This document shows, piece after piece, positions 22,470 to 37,438 of a stretch of DNA of 64,000 bases (positions are counted from its first letter, which is position 1; every line of letters starts with the position of its first letter). This DNA comes from Mustelus asterias (taxonomy: Eukaryota). The translations under genes were made by a program, and so were the position numbers. The notes under the pieces were generated by a model. The model saw only the letters and a program-made list of their open reading frames with translations, did not search any database and was not told the origin of the DNA. Where the stretch lies: the NCBI RefSeq assembly GCF_964213995.1, contig NC_135811.1:77562001-77626000 (forward strand). The letters are read 5' to 3'.

Positions 22470-23280
22470 GTTGAATGTCACGGGAATGGTCGGTGTTTGT
22501 TGCCCATCCCTAATTGCCCTTAATGGAGATAGCATGCTAGTCCACATTAGATGGCAGTTAAAAAGTAACCACATTATTGTGGTTCTGCAGCCACGTGTCG
22601 GCCAGAACAGGAATGGAGGGCAGATTTCCTATCCTTACAGACATGAGTGAATCAGATGGGGTTTTCGGGCAAATTCACAGAAATGAAAAAGAAACATAAT
22701 TTCAACAAATGCATATTACTAAAAACAATTTATTGTCAATATTAAATCCATAAAAACATGGTCTCATTCAGTATAAAAATTGCCAATGTGGAAAAACATT
22801 GTCTATTCCATAACTCTAAATAAATATCAATAACTTAACATTTTTAAACTCATTTTACACATTGTGGAAACTGTCACAGTTTGTTACACAAAGACATCAC
22901 AACAATAAATATCAATAAATTAGGGGAGCTGAAATTGGTTGAAATGTTCTCCATTGAGGAGGGTAGAAATGGAAAGGTCAGCGTGGCTCTGGGTTTAATG
23001 TTCTGCAAACCCACTTCCTGAAAGCCTGACAGTACATTCCAAATCAGACTCTCCACACACTGAAAATGTAAAGTTGCATCAGAGGAAAATAACACAGCCG
23101 TAAATATCAATAAATAAAAAATAAATAAAAATAAATAACCCAACAAGTCATCCATTTTTCTCTCATCATTAACGTAAAGTATAAAATTCATTACAATAAT
23201 CCAGAAATAAATATAGTTTTAAATGAAAATTCTTTAAAATAAATATTCATTGTTCCCAGTCTGTAATAGAAAATACTTTT

Positions 23281-26200
23281 TCAGTTTCTTCTCCTGATTT
23301 GTGCCATTACGGAAGTCATCTGTTGTAATCGGGCCCTGGTCTCAGTGCGGATTATTTCCCAGGCACATTCACTGAATTTCTGAAAAAGAAAATTATTCAG
23401 GAAAATGGATTACAGAATGAATAGATTCCAAGAGAGTGAATTAATGTACATGCAAATAACCACACAGTCAATCATCAATGGTCCTACCTCCTGATTGAGA
23501 AACTTTTCCAGTTTCCTGAAGTAATTGTGAATGGTGAAGTTTCTCCTCATCTTGTGCTCTGACTCCTGTTTCCTGACACATTCTTCCAGCTCACTGAGCT
23601 GCCGATCCAGGATCAGCCGGAAATGTTCTACCTTGTCTCGGGCCCATGTGACTGAGCCCAGATTCATGCTGTAGATCTTGTTGATGTGTCGCAGAGTTTG
23701 ATGGACAATCTGGATCCTGTCCTGTGTCTATACAAAATATACACAATGTCATGAGAGAGATTCCATTCCCCATAAGGCATAGTATGATATAGGCCATAAA
23801 CAAATAAGGCTAAAAATGTTCAAATGGAAAATGTTCACCTTCAGCGACTTAAAAGGGGATCAGGCCTATGTATATTGAAATCAAACATTGCTATTTCTTC
23901 CTACATAGCATGTGGGCATCACCGGCAAAGCCAGAATTTGTTGCTCATCCCTAATTGTATTTGACATGAATATTTCAGGTAACATTTAAGAGTCAACCAC
24001 ATGATTGTGGGTTTGCAGTCACTTGTAGGCCAGACCGAGTAAGGAGAGCAAGTTTTCTTTCCTTAAAGGTCATGAATGAACCACATGGATCTTTACAAGA
24101 ATCTTTGCCAGTCCCATTGCTGAGATTAGCTGTATTTCCAGGTTTATGAATTGAGCATGAATTCGACTGGCTGCCCTGGTGGAAATTGAACAAAAGTTCC
24201 CAGAGCATAACACTAGGCCTCGGGATTATTAGTCCAGTGGCATGAGCACTGTGCCACTATTACCTCCTAAACATTATTGGGTCAATAATAATTGCAAATA
24301 ACCAATGGTAGTTTTTAAAAATTGGAGATGTTTTGGATACAAATTGGACTCCTTTCGATGAAGCAGAGAGGCCAGAGGTCATCCGATTTACAATAAAATT
24401 TAGACTCTTTGTTCAGTATAGAACCAAGCTGAATGTAGACGATACACACCAAAATTATCAAAAGAAATGAAGGGTGTATGCTACAACTGTACAGGACCTT
24501 GGTGAGACCACATTTGGAATATTGTGTGCAGTTCTGGTCACCTCACTATAAGAAGGATGTGGAAGCGCTGGAAAGAGTGCAGAGGAGATTTACCAGGATG
24601 CTGCCTGGTTTGGAGGGTAGGTCATATGAGGAAAGGTTGAGGGAGCTAGGGCTGTTCTCTCTGGAGCCGAGGAGGCTGAGGGGAGACTTAATAGAGGTGT
24701 ATAAAATGATGAAGGGGATAGATAGAGTGAACGTTCAAAGACTATTTCCTCGGGTGGATGGAGCTATTACAAGGGGGCATAACTATAGGGTTCGTGGTGG
24801 GAGATACAGGACGGATATCAGAGGTAGGTTCTTTACGCAGAGAGTGGTTGGGGTGTGGAATGGACTGCCTGCAGTGATAGTGGAGTCAGACACTTTAGAA
24901 ACATTTAAGCGGTTATTGGATAGGCACATGGAGCACACCAGGATGATAGGGAGTGGGATAGCTTGATCTTGGTTTCAGATAAAGCTCGGCACAACATCGT
25001 GGGCCGAAGGGCCTGTTCTGTGCTGTACTGTTCTATGTTCTATGTTCTATGTGTATACGATGCATGAGAATTAATGCCAGGTATCGTAAAGGTGAAGCTA
25101 AAAATGGGTCATAAGAATATAAAGAATGTGGAGATGCCGGGATTGGACAAGGGAGGAGAAGATACGAGTCCAAGGTGTTTATTTGAAAACCGTAATTTGA
25201 ATTTGGCTCCAGTTGAGAAGGAGATGCTTCAAATGTTACAGTAAAGGGAGAAGTCGTCAAGAAATTGGATGGGATAAAAATAGATAAAAAGGGGGTATCA
25301 CTGTAGCGGTGAAACAGGGAATGTTGCTGCTTGTCCTCAATGCACCTGTCAAAATTCCAGGATCAAAGAGGGATGACATTTCTCAGGTGAATAAGTCTTG
25401 GATGGAAGGCCTGGAGAGGTGAGGATTGTAGGAGATATGGGAAATTGGTCAGAAGCATAAGGTTGTTGTTCTTCCAACACATCTTGCACTGCAATGATGC
25501 CGGGTCACTTGACCAGTCCAGTACTGCCTTTGAATGAGAGACATACCCACAATTCCACCTGACCCCACCGACAATACTAGCAACCTGGAAGCAAACCGAA
25601 AACATGACTTTCTGGATTCCCACTTGCCGAATCCCCTGATTCCTACTGGTTGTGTAAAGATGTCAGTGGGGATAAGGCCCTTATATGGGCATTACATCTG
25701 TGTCTCCAAGACCCTCTAACATCAGTTAATGGGAACAGTTTTCCCTTGACTGCCTTTCGGAAACAGCCATAATCCTGAAATATTCTGCACTCAGGCTGTT
25801 TCCCAAAGATGTAATGTACATTGTTAACGCAAGGGATATTTCAATTCCATTGAGTCACATAAGAGTCACATAAGAGTCACACGCTGCATGGAGGCATGTT
25901 GAATTTCATTGCACTTTCTGTCATTTTGAAGTTGAAATGTTTTGTAATACTCTTCGGCAAATGTTATGAATAATTCATATTTTTGTGGTGAAAGTTAGTG
26001 ATCAGAAGAATGAAAGTGTAAGGGACAGGGAGATACAGAAAATACAATAGTTCGCGGGCATCTGATCATTCGAACAAGAGGGCTTATTGGAGAGGAAGGA
26101 ATGGTTCGAGGGACGGATATAATTTCAGGGGGTTCGAGAAAGAGATAGTAAGTGCGGTAACAGTGAAATTACGGAGTGAGTTAGATACAGAGTGAAATAC

Positions 26201-26658
26201 AATGACAGAGAATTCTGCCATTGTCACAATGGGTGGAAATCACACGATTGAAAATTCTTGCAGTTGCCAGTTCCGATCAGATTGTTGATCTAACTTTCTA
26301 TAAAACCTCTGTCTAAATAAAATGAACCGAGATTTTACTCACCTCTAATCCCTTCGAAAGTTTCACCAGGTCCAAGGGCTTGGATTTCAGGAAGTGTCTC
26401 TGTTTTATACAGTGTTGGGGAAAGGAGCCACCCTGAGAGGAGAAAAAATATAATTAATTATAAATCCCCAGAAATGTCTCCTGATTTGACATTTCACACG
26501 CTGCTCAGAATGCAGCTTTAACTCACCATTTGATTGAGTTTGCTGAGTGTGTGTGTGTTGAGAACTTGCTGTAACTGCAGCCTCTCATAGCCCAGACTGA
26601 GGGTCCCGCACAAGAAGAGCGACACCATCCAGAATCTCCAAATACTCGCCAATGCCAT
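23281..26658 (-). CDS. IFN1: Type I interferon, locus B; open frame but Cys24>Tyr in the proximal exon 1
   Basis: Exons 26658-26527 (..SLGYERL..), 26432-26343, 23727-23488, 23379-23281 (KFSECAWEIIR..RRRN*); GT-AG phase 0. Confidence 0.9.
24478..25050 (+). mobile_element. CR1-clade LINE 3' fragment in intron 2 of locus B
   Basis: ORF 24478-24966 LYRTLVRPHLEYCVQFWSP..FFTQRVVGVWNGLP; (GTTCTAT)n tail; GTGTAT flanking repeat. Confidence 0.92.
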
Positions 26659-28242
26659 GACCAACCGAGTCAGAGTGAAACCCCGAACTGAGGATAAGAC
26701 ACCGACCGGATCCGGGTTCAACTCCGAACAATTATTTTCAAACGAATGAAAATCTAAATAGTTCCGCTTCTGAACACCGAGTGAACCGCTGAGCTGTTCA
26801 GTTCTCTTTCCGTGTGTCTGTCTCTCTCTCTCTGTGTATCCGTGTATATATGTGGACTGTGCTGGGAGGGACTGTCCCTGCCATGCTGTCTCAGGTGCTG
26901 GCGATTACATTGGAAAAGTGAAATCTGGTAGCGGGAGTTTTGGAAGTTCTTCAGGAGAGGAATAGTTAATCTGCTCCCTGTCTGAGGTAAGGAATCGGAA
27001 AGCTGGAGTTTCCGGAACCAGGGACTGAAAGATCCCCGAGAGAAAAATCACAAACAGCGCTCGGTTACAGCTCAAAGTTCCAACAATCGGAATCAATATT
27101 ATTAATATCCATTTTGTAAAAGCAGATTATTCCCTTCAAATTGGATTCACTTTAAGGGTACAATAAATTTGCGGTTCGTCAGATTGTTGGAGTTTGAGGC
27201 TGTTCTTCTTGAGTTCTCTGACCGAAGGCGGGCCCAACCCATTTTCCCACAAGAGCTCCATAAGGTGATTATTACATTCAGAAATGACACTCAATGTGCC
27301 CGTGACACAGGTAATCTCTCCCTCCTCCTTGTCGCTCTGTCCGCAGCCTTTGACATGGGCGCGCAGACCATCATCATTCAACTCTCTCCCCCACGGTGCA
27401 ACTGATGGGGAGCACTCTCTCTGCCTCTCATTCTTACTGAAGTCATTGTACCCTGAGAATATCCAGAATCGCATCCTTTCTCCCCCACACTCCACCACGC
27501 ACCTCACCTTTCAGCCTCTGCTGTCCATGAGGATATCTCCCTGCTCCCTTTTCTAATTCTCATCTCCACGCTGCCCCATGGGGACATCACTCACCATTTA
27601 CCCATCACCCCTGTGCTGGTTGAATTATGTTGGCTCCTGCTTCAGGAATGCCTTGATTTTAAAAATCTCACCCAAATTTTCAAACTCCGCCAGTCCCTCA
27701 TCCCTCCCTATCCCTGTAATCACCTCCAGCCGCGAATCCCTACGAGATACCTGCGCTGCTCCAATTCTTTCCCCGCGCCCCCCCCCCACCCCCCCTGAAT
27801 TCCCCATTTTCATTCACCCACGATGGGTGGTGTCTCTTCAGTTGCTCAACCCTCAACCTCTGTAATTTCTGCCCTAAACCTCACCGCCTCCCTTTACCCC
27901 ATTAAAACGCTCCTTAAAATCAACTTCATTCATCAAGTTATTGCTCACCTGCCTCAGTATCTCCTCGTCTGACTGACTATCCAATGTTTCTGGATAACAC
28001 GCCTGTGAATCACTTTGAACCATCAATCTCTCTCTATAAAGATGAGTGCTTGTTACTGATGGGCTGTCTCTGATTTCCCCCCTCTCAGGCTCACATTCCC
28101 CTTTATCCTTCACTCAGTCCCCTTCTCCTCAATGTCTGCTTTCTATTTCTCTCTCCGATCAGAGTTGCTCCTTCAAACAGATTCAGATTCAATCTCTCCC
28201 GGTCCCTCCCTCCCCTCAATATCATTCCCAGTTTCAACTCAC

Positions 28243-28374
28243 CATTTGATTGAGTTTGCTGAGTGTGTGTTTGTTGAGAACTTGCTGTAACTGCAGCCTC
28301 TCGCAGCCCAGACTGAGGGTACCGGACAAGAAGAGCGACACCATCCAAAATCTCCAAATCCTCGACAAAGCCAT
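28243..28374 (-). CDS. IFN1: Distal duplicate first exon, locus B (Cys24 retained)
   Basis: ATG, 44 codons, SLGCERL, GTGAGT donor. Confidence 0.75.
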
Positions 28375-29165
28375 GACCAACCGGGTCAGAGGGAAAGTCC
28401 GATGTGGAAGAGGAGAAACCGGCGGCTTTGGTGGTTCAGCGGCGAGAACGGTTCTTGCGAAGAGAATTCAAGTCGGGAAGTGGAATTGGAGCTTGTGGTC
28501 CGGGAGCGAGCGCCTGTGTTGCCGAATGGTGTGTGTGGATTCTGCTGCGAGCTGGCATTGGCACTGCCAGGCTGCCCGCTTTAATGTGTGCCCATTACAT
28601 TGCAAAAGTGAAAATGAGCTGCAGGGGTTTTGGGAGAGCTGCGGGAGACCAGTAGTTTGTGCGGTTTCTGTGTGAGGTCAGGAATGGGAAAGCTGGAGAC
28701 TCCCGAAGCAGCGAGTGAGAAATCCCCGGGAGAAAATCACAAGCAGCGCTCGGTTGCAGCTCAGTGTTGTGTGGGCTTCACATCACCCGGGGGGCACTAA
28801 GGTACTGCAGAGGTGGGCTCTGTATTGGGGGGCAGTGTGGACATGGATTGGTGTCTGCAAATGACCATCCGGATTACAGAGATACCGAGAGCGGCGCATT
28901 TTAGTGCGGTCATTCGGCCCCATTCCCTCTGATATCCCCGCTGTGTCCACATCGCGTTTGTCCTGTTAACCATTCCCAGCTTGAACATTGCAGAGAGACC
29001 GGCTCAGAGCCCAGGCTCGCCGCTTAATGGAGACTGACTCCGCTCCCATTGAGCTGCCCCACAATCTGCTCTTTAACTGCAAGAAGTTGCTCATTTCTCG
29101 CTTCTTTTCTGCAGCCATTTCCAGACTCTGACTGAGAGAATATTGAATCTGTTCCGATTCTGAGT

Positions 29166-29307
29166 GGGAAAGTGATCCCCGCTCCCTTTCCTTTCGCCCC
29201 GTTTGTTTCTCCTCTCTGTCCCGGGAAAGTGTCCGCCTCACTTTCTCTCTGGAAATGAGCCTTGTGTCAGTTTGTGCCGAAAGCGAAAGTGCCTCAGGGA
29301 AAGTGAG
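29166..29307. promoter_or_regulatory. IRF/ISRE cluster, locus B
   Basis: Same GAAAGTG x5 arrangement. Confidence 0.62.
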
Positions 29308-29510
29308 GCGTTTTGTCATTTCCGACAGTGGGGAGAGTTTGTGAAGAGAGCGGCTCACACTGAGAGGGCTGAGGGGAGGGGCTGCAAAAGGTTTTCTGAT
29401 ATCCGGGATTAACCCATGGGAATGGCACCGAATCCCTGTCAGATGCAACTGGGATCCGAATCTTCAGTCCGGGTGTCGGTGGGAGTGAGATCCCACAGAA
29501 CCAACTGTAT

Positions 29511-29885
29511 CATAGAATCCTAGAGCGCAGAAGGAGGCTATTCGGCCCAAAGCGTCTTCTCGCCGACCACAATCGCACCCTATTCCGTAACCCCACATAT
29601 TTACCCTGCTACTCGCCTTGACACTAGGATTAATTCAGCACGGCCAATCCATCGAACCTACATATCTTTGGACTGTGAGGGGAAACCGGAGCACCCGGAG
29701 GAAACCCACGCAGACGCGGGGAGAATGTGCAAACTCCACACATAGAACATAGAACAGTACAGCACAGAACAGGCCCTTCGGCCCACGATGTTGTGCCGAG
29801 CACACAGTGAGCCGAGGCTGGAATTGAACCCGTGTCCCTGGTGCTGTGAGGCAGCAGTGCTAAGCACTGTGCCACCATGCCGCCC
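29511..29885 (-). mobile_element. HE1-like SINE with nested CR1 tail
   Basis: Near-identical to 2444-2818. Confidence 0.85.
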
Positions 29886-32800
29886 CTTTCTGCAGACCGG
29901 AGACACAATGCAATTTTCAATAATGCTGACAGGAATAAACTAATGGTAAATAAAACTGTCGGAATTGTAAGGGAGGGTCAGGAATGTCGAGGAAGCATTT
30001 TACAAACAACATTAGCCAGAAACATGCCCGGAAAGAACAAGACCTATGGCAGCATGTCCACCTTCACCAGGTAAAAATCTCCGCTCCATTCACAGATACC
30101 TGGGACCAATTTAATTTCTTTAATGCTTTCATGAGATCTGAGCGACTCTGCAGGGCTAACATTTGTTGCTCATTCCTAATTGCCCCGCAGACGGTGATGG
30201 TGAGCCGTTTGTTTTTTACTTGCTGCTGTCCTTGTGAAGCAAATAAACCTATAGGAGTGTTGGGAAGAGATTTCCAGGATGTTTATCCAGAAAGAGTGAA
30301 GGGATGGTGATGTGGTCCCGAGTCGGCATGCTGGGTGGCTTGAAGGTGAACTTGCAGGTTGTGTTCTTAATATGCGTTTGTTACCCTTGATCGTCTGGGG
30401 GGTAGAGGTGGTGGGTTTGGAAGGTGCTGTTGAAGGAGCCTGAGTGGGTTGCTGCAGTGAATCTTGGAGATGGGACACACTGCTGCCACTGTGCGGTGGT
30501 GGTGCGGAAGTCAATGTTTAAGTTCGTGAAAGGAGTGCAGACTTCCGGGTATAGATATTATACAATGAGTGGAGATTTCATGCTATGTAGAAATTGAAGA
30601 CAATTGTACAGCTGTTTCTTTATCCTCACTTTTCACCCTATCCGCCTCCACCACCCTTACCGAAATTGAGAGGTTATTGCAAAACTTTCTGCTCCAATTT
30701 AATTGCCAATTAATAAATGTGACATGAAGCAGCACAACGGGACGGTATATTCAAATTCATTAAAAAAAATACATTAAACTGTTAATTTATGCACTTCTGC
30801 TTTTATTTGGATGCAGAATAACTCATTCACGATATCTGTTGACCCAAACCATAGATATTATAATGAACTTATCAGTTTACCCTCTGTTAGAATCCTGCTT
30901 TAAAATGACTGAAAATGAGCTTTAAAAAGACAGGTCCATTTTCTGCTGAATCTGGGGTGCAATAGTTATTTTCTTTTCAAATTCAAAAGTTACATTGCCA
31001 ATCACTTCATCACAGGTCTATTGCTGTCCTCACACCAAAATGGCTCAATTTTGTTTCTGGAGCCTTATTGAAGGCCTGTAAACAATTTCAATGGAGAATA
31101 GTTTACCCGGGGTTAGCCAGTTTCGTGTGGGCCCAGTTTTCAATATAATTGTTTCACAAAAGGCTTACATCCATGTGACAACCTCACTGTTCACAGAATA
31201 TCTTAAATCATTTGACTGCTGATGGAGTGGTTTTGAGGTACATTGTCTGTTGTAATATAGGAAACACATGAGTCAATTTGTGCTTCATACTCCCACAAAC
31301 AGCACTCTGATGACAGACAGAGAACCTGGTTTAATGATATTGATTGTGGGTAATTATCAGGTTGGCAATCCGGAATTAGTGGAATGCTCCTCCTTCTTGT
31401 GTTCTTTTGTAATGCAATCATTATTTAACATGCAGATTTCCAGAAGGTGTAAACCATGATACCACATGAGAGATTTTCATCCTCACGTTCCACATATTCT
31501 CTTCCCTACCCATAGTCTGATGTCTCCTTAGCCCATTGACTGATTTCCCAATCTGTACTCTGTCGCTTTTTAAAAGTTTGTTCACATGGGTTGCATGTCA
31601 CGGGAATGGTCTGTGTTTGTTGCCCATCTCTAATTGCCCTGAATGGAGATAGCATTCAAGGCCACTTGAGCGGGCAGCTAAAACGTAAGCACAATGCTGT
31701 GGTTCGGCAGCCACATGTCGGCCAGAACAGGAATGGAGGGCAGATTTACTTTCCAGACATGAGTGAATCAGATGGGTTTTTCGGGCAAATTCACAGAAAT
31801 GGGAAAGATACATAATTTCAACAAATGTGTATTATTAAAAACAATTTATTGCAAATATTAAATACATCAAAACATGGTCTCATTCAGTATAAAAATTGCC
31901 AGTGTGGAAAAACATTGTTTATTCCATAACTCTAAATAAATATCAATAACTTAACATTTTAAAACTCATTTTATACATTGTGGAAACTGTCACATTTTGT
32001 TACACAAAGACATCACAACAATAAATATCAATAAATTAGGGCAGCTGAAATTGGTTGAAATTTCCATTTAGGAGGGTAGAAATGGAAAGGTCAGCGTGGC
32101 TTTGGGTTTATTGTTCTGCAAACCCACTTCCTGCAAGCCTGACAGTACATTCCAAATCAGACTCTCCACACACTGAAACTGTAACGTTGCATCAGAGGAA
32201 AATATCACAGTTGTAAATATCAATAAATAAAAAATAAATAAAAATAAATAACCCAACAAATCATCCAGTATTCTCCCATCATTAAAGTAAAGTACAAAAT
32301 TCATTACAAATATCCATAAACAAATATAGTTTTAAATGAAAATTCTTTAAAATAAATATTCATTGTTCCCAGTCCGTAATAGAAATGTCTTTTTCAGTTT
32401 CTTCTCCTGATTTGTGCCATTACGGAAGTCATCTGTTGTAATCGGGCCCTGGTCTCAGTGCGGATTATTTCCCAGGCACATTCACTGAATTTCTGAAAAA
32501 CAAAATTATTCAGGAAAATGGATTACAGAATGAATAGATTCCAAAGGGGTAAGTTAATGTACATGCCAATAACCACACAGTCAATCATCAATGGTCCTAC
32601 CTCCTGATTGAGAAACTTTTCCAGTTTCCTGAAGTAATTGTGAATGGTGAAATTTCTCCTCATCTTGTGCTCTGACTCCTGATTCCTGACACATTCTTCC
32701 AGCTCACTGAGCTGCCGATCCAGGAGCAACCGGAAATGTTCCACCTTGTCTCGGGCCCATGTGACTGAGCCCAGATTCATGCTGTAGATCTTGTTGATGT

Positions 32801-34030
32801 GTCGCAGAGTTTGATGGACAATCTGGATCCTGTCCTGTGTCTATACAAAATATACACAATGCCATTAGAGATTCCATTCCCCATAAGGCATCGTATGATA
32901 TAGGCCATAAACAAATAAGGCTAAAAATGTTCAAATTAAAAATGTTCATCTTCAGCGACTTAAAAGGGGATCAGGCCTATGTGTATTGGAATCAAACATT
33001 GCTATTTCTTCCTACATAGCATGTGGTAATCACCTGCAAAACCAGAATTTGTTGCTCATCCCTAATTGTATTTGACATGAATATTTCAGGTAACATTTAA
33101 GAATCAACCACATGATTGTGGGTTTGCAGTCACTTGTCGGCCAGACCGAGTAAGGACAGAGGTTTTCTTTCCTTAAAGGTCATTAATGAACCAGATGGAC
33201 GTTTACAACAATCTATGACAGTCCCATTGCTGGAATTAGCTGTATTTCCAGATTTATGAATTGAGAATGAATTCAACTGGCTGCCCTGGTGGAAATTGAA
33301 CAAATGTGCCCACAGCCTAACACTAGGCCTCGGGATCATTAGTCCAGTGGCATGAGCACTGTGTCACTATCACCTCCTAAATATTATTTATTGGGTCAAT
33401 AATTATTGCAAATAAGCAATGGGAGTTTTTGAAAGTGGAGATGTTTTGGATACAAACTTGGCTCCTTTTATTGAAGCAGCGAGGCCAGAGGACATCCGAT
33501 TTACAATAAAAATTAGACTCTTTGTTCAGTATAGAACCAGGCTGAATGCAGACCATATACACAAAAATTATCAAAAGAAATTAGGAGTGAATACGATGCA
33601 TGAGAATTAATGAGAGGTATCGTAAGGAGGAAGCTAAAAATGGGTCATACTAACATAAAGATTGTGGAGATGGTGATGTTGGATGAGGGGGGAGAAAATA
33701 CAAGTCCAAGATGTTTATTTGAAATCAGTGATTTGAAATTGGCTCCAGTTGAGAAGGAGATGCTTCAAATGTTACAGTAAAGGGAGAAGTAGTCAAGAAA
33801 TTGGATGCGATAAAAATCGATAAAAAGGGGGTATCACTGTGGTGGTGAAACTGGGAATGTTGCTGCCTGTCCTCAATGCATCTGTCAAAAGTCCAGGATC
33901 AAAGAGGGATGACACTTCTCAGGTGAGTAAAACCTGGATGGAAGTCCTGGAGAGGTGAGGATTGTAGGCAATATGGGAAAATGGACAGAAACATAAGGTT
34001 GTTGTTCTTCCATCACATCTTGCACTGCAC

Positions 34031-34372
34031 CATAGAATCATAGAATCCTACAGTGCAGAAAGAGGCCATTCGGCCCATCGAATTTGCACCGACCACAATC
34101 CCACCCAGTACCTACCACCAATCCCTACATATTTTATCCACTAACCCCTCTCACCTGTGCATCCCAGAACACTAAGGGACAATTTAGAATGGCCAATCAA
34201 CCCAGCCCACACATCTTTGGACTGTGGGAGGAAACCGGAGCACCCGGAGAAAACCCACGCAGACACAGGGAGAATGTACAAACTCCACATAGAGAGCAAC
34301 CCGAGCCGGGATTCGAACCCAGATCGCTGGAGCTGTGATGCAGCAGTGCTAACCACTGTGCTACTGTGCCGA
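34031..34372 (-). mobile_element. HE1-like SINE in intron 2, shared with locus E
   Basis: tRNA-like head, V-SINE core, (TTCTATGA) tail; same site as 51522-51864. Confidence 0.9.
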
Positions 34373-34726
34373 CCAGATGCCGGTCACTTGACCAGTCCAG
34401 TACTGCCTTTGAATGAGAGACATACCCACAACTCCTCCTGACCCCACCTACAATGTTAGCAACCTGGAAGCAAACCGACAAGGTGACTTTATCGATTCCC
34501 ACTTGCTGAATCCCCTGATTCCTACTGGTTGTGTAAAGCTGTCAGTGAGGCTGAGGCCCTTATATGGGAATTAAATCTGTGTCTCCCAGACCGTCTAACA
34601 TCAGTAAATGGGAACAGTTTTCCCTTGACAGCCTTTCGGAAACAGCCATAATCCTGAGATATTCTGCACTCAGACTGTATCCCAAACATATCATGTACAT
34701 TGTTAACGCTAAGGATATTTCAATTG

Positions 34727-35065
34727 TGGGCGGCACGGTAGCACAGTGGTTAGCACTGCTGCTTCACAGCTCCAGGGTCCCGGGTTCGATTCCTGGCTCG
34801 GGTCACTGTCTGTGTGGAGTTTGCACATTCTCCTCGTGTCTGCGTGGGTTTCCTCCGGGTGCTCCGGTTTCCTCTCACAGTCCAAAGATGTGCGGGTTAG
34901 GTTGATTGGCCAGGTTAAAAATTGCCCCTTAGAGTCCTGAGATGCGTAGGTTAGAGGGATTAGCAGGTAAAATATGTGGGGGTAGGGCCTGGGTGGGATT
35001 GTGGTCGGTGCAGACTCGATGGGCCGAATGGCCTCCTTCTGCACTGTAGGGATTCTATGATTCTA
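34727..35065 (+). mobile_element. Young full-length HE1-like SINE
   Basis: GGGCGGCACGGTAGCACAGTGG..GGTTCGATTCC; CAATTG target duplication 34721-34726 / 35066-35071; absent in sister locus E. Confidence 0.93.
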
Positions 35066-37438
35066 CAATTGCATTGAGTCGCATAAGAGTGGGACATGCT
35101 GCATGGAGGCATGTTGAATTTCATCGCACTTTCTATGATTTTGAAGTTGAAATGTTTTGTAATACTCTTCCGCAAATGTTATCAAGAATTCATATTTTTG
35201 GGGTGAAATCTAGTGATCAGAAGAATGAAAGTGTAAGGGGCAGGGAGATACAGAATTTGAAGTAGTTCGCGGGCATCTGATCGTTAGAGCAAGCGGGCTT
35301 ATTGGAGAGGAAGGAATGGTTAGAGAGACCGATATAATTTCAGGGGGTTCGAGATAGAGAGATAGTAAGTGCGGTAACAGTGAAATTACTGAGTGAGTAA
35401 GATACAGAGTGAAATACAATGACAGGGAATTCTGCCATTGTCACAATGGGTGGAAATCAGTGATTGAAAATTCTTGCAGTTGCCAGTTCCGATCAGATTG
35501 TTGATCGAACTTTCCATAAAACCTCAGTCGAAATAAAATGAACCGAGATTTTACTCACCTCTAATCCCTTCGAAAGTTTCACCAGGTCCAAGGGCTTGGA
35601 TTTCAGGAAGTTTCTCTGTTTTATACAGTGTTGGGGAAAGGAGCCACTCTGAGAGGAGAAAAAATATAATTAATTATAAATCCCCAGAAATGTCCCCTGA
35701 TTTGACATTTCACACGCTGCTCAGAATGCAGCTTTAACTCACCATTTGATTGAGTTTGCTGAGTGTGTGTGCGTTGAGAACTTGCTGTAACTGCAGCCTC
35801 TCACAGCCCAGACTGAGGGTCCCGGACAAGAAGAACGACACCAAAATATCCAAATACTCGCCAATGCCATGACCGACCGAGTCAGAGTGAAACCCCCGAA
35901 CTGAGGATAAGACACCGGCCAAATCCGGGTTCAACTCCGAACAACAATTATTTTCAGACGAAAATCTAAATAGTTCCGCTTCTGACGCCCGAGTGAACGG
36001 CTGAACTGTTCAGTCCTCTTTCCGTGTGTCTGTCTGTCTCTCTCTCTGTGTATCTGTGTATATATGTGGACTGTGCTGGGAGGAACTGTCCCTGCTATGC
36101 TGTCGCAGGGACTGGCGATTACAATATTAAAGTGAAATCTGGTAGCGGGAGTTTTGGAAGTTCATCAGGAGACGAATAGTTAGTCCGCTCCTTTCTGAGG
36201 TAAGGAATCGGAAAGCTGGAGATTCCGGAACCAGGGACTGGAAGATCCCCGATGGAAAAATCACAAACAGCGCTCGGTTCCAGATCAAAGTTCCAACAAT
36301 CTGGATCAATATTAATAATATCCATTTTGTAAAAAACAGATTATTACCTTCAAGTTCATCGGATTCACATTAAGGGGACAATAAAGTTGCGGTTGGTCAG
36401 ATTGTTGGATTTTGATGCTGTTCTTGAGTTCTCGGCACGAATGCGGGCCCAACCCATTTTCCCACAAGAGCTCCATAAGGTTATTATTACATTCAGAAAT
36501 GACACTCAATGTGCCGTGACACAGGTAATCTCTCCCTCCTCCTTGACGCTCTGTCCGCAGCCTCTGACATGGGCAAGCAGACCCTCATCATTCAACTCTC
36601 TCCCCCACGGTGCAGCTGATTGGGAGAACTCTCTCTGCCTCTCATTCTTACTGAAGTCATTATACCCTGAAAATATTCAGAATCGCATCTTTTCTCCCCC
36701 ACACTCCTCCATGCACCCCACCTTTCAGTCTCTGCTGTCCATGAGGATCTCTCCCTGCTCCCTTTTCTAATTGTCATCTCCAGGCTGCCCCATGGGGACA
36801 TCACTCACCATTTACCCATCACCCCTGTGCTCGTTGAATTATGTTGGCTCCTACTTCAGGAATGTCTTGATTTTAAAAATCTCACTCTCATTTTCAAACT
36901 CCGCCAGTCCCTCATCCCTCCCTATCTCTGTAATAACGTCCAGCCGCGAAACCCGACGAGATATCTGCTCTGCTCCAATTCTGGCCCCTCGAGAATTCTC
37001 CATTTTAATTCACCCACCATGGGTGGTGTCTCTTCAGCTGCTCAACCCTCAACCCCTGTAATTTCTGCCCTAAACCTCTCCGGCTCCCTTTACCCCATTA
37101 AAACGCTCCTTAAAATCAACTTCATTCATCAAGTTATTGCTCACCTGCCTCAGTATCTCCTCGTCTGACTGACTATCCAATGTTTCTGTATAACACGCCT
37201 GTGAATCACGTTGAACCATAAATCTCTCTCTATAATGATGAGTGCTTGTTACTGATGGGCTGTCTCTGATTTCCCCCCTCTCAGGCTCACATTCCCCTTT
37301 ATCCTTCACTCAGTCCCCTTCTCCTCAATTTCTGCTTTCTATTTCTCTCTCAGATCAGAGTTGCTCCTTCAAACAGATTCAGATTCAACCTCTCCCGGTT
37401 CCTCTCTCCCCTCAATATCATTCCCAGTTTCAACTCAC

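Larger units (their letters stand above)
32394..35870 (-). pseudogene. IFN1: Type I interferon, locus C; proximal exon 1 frameshifted, exons 2-4 intact (could be expressed from the distal exon)
   Basis: Exon 1 35870-35743 is 128 bp (4-bp deletion near 35842); exons 35648-35559, 32840-32601, 32492-32394 open with GT-AG sites. Confidence 0.85.

Noticed and set aside
34727-34805. tRNA gene
   Set aside because: tRNA-derived SINE head continuing into the SINE body, tail and target duplication
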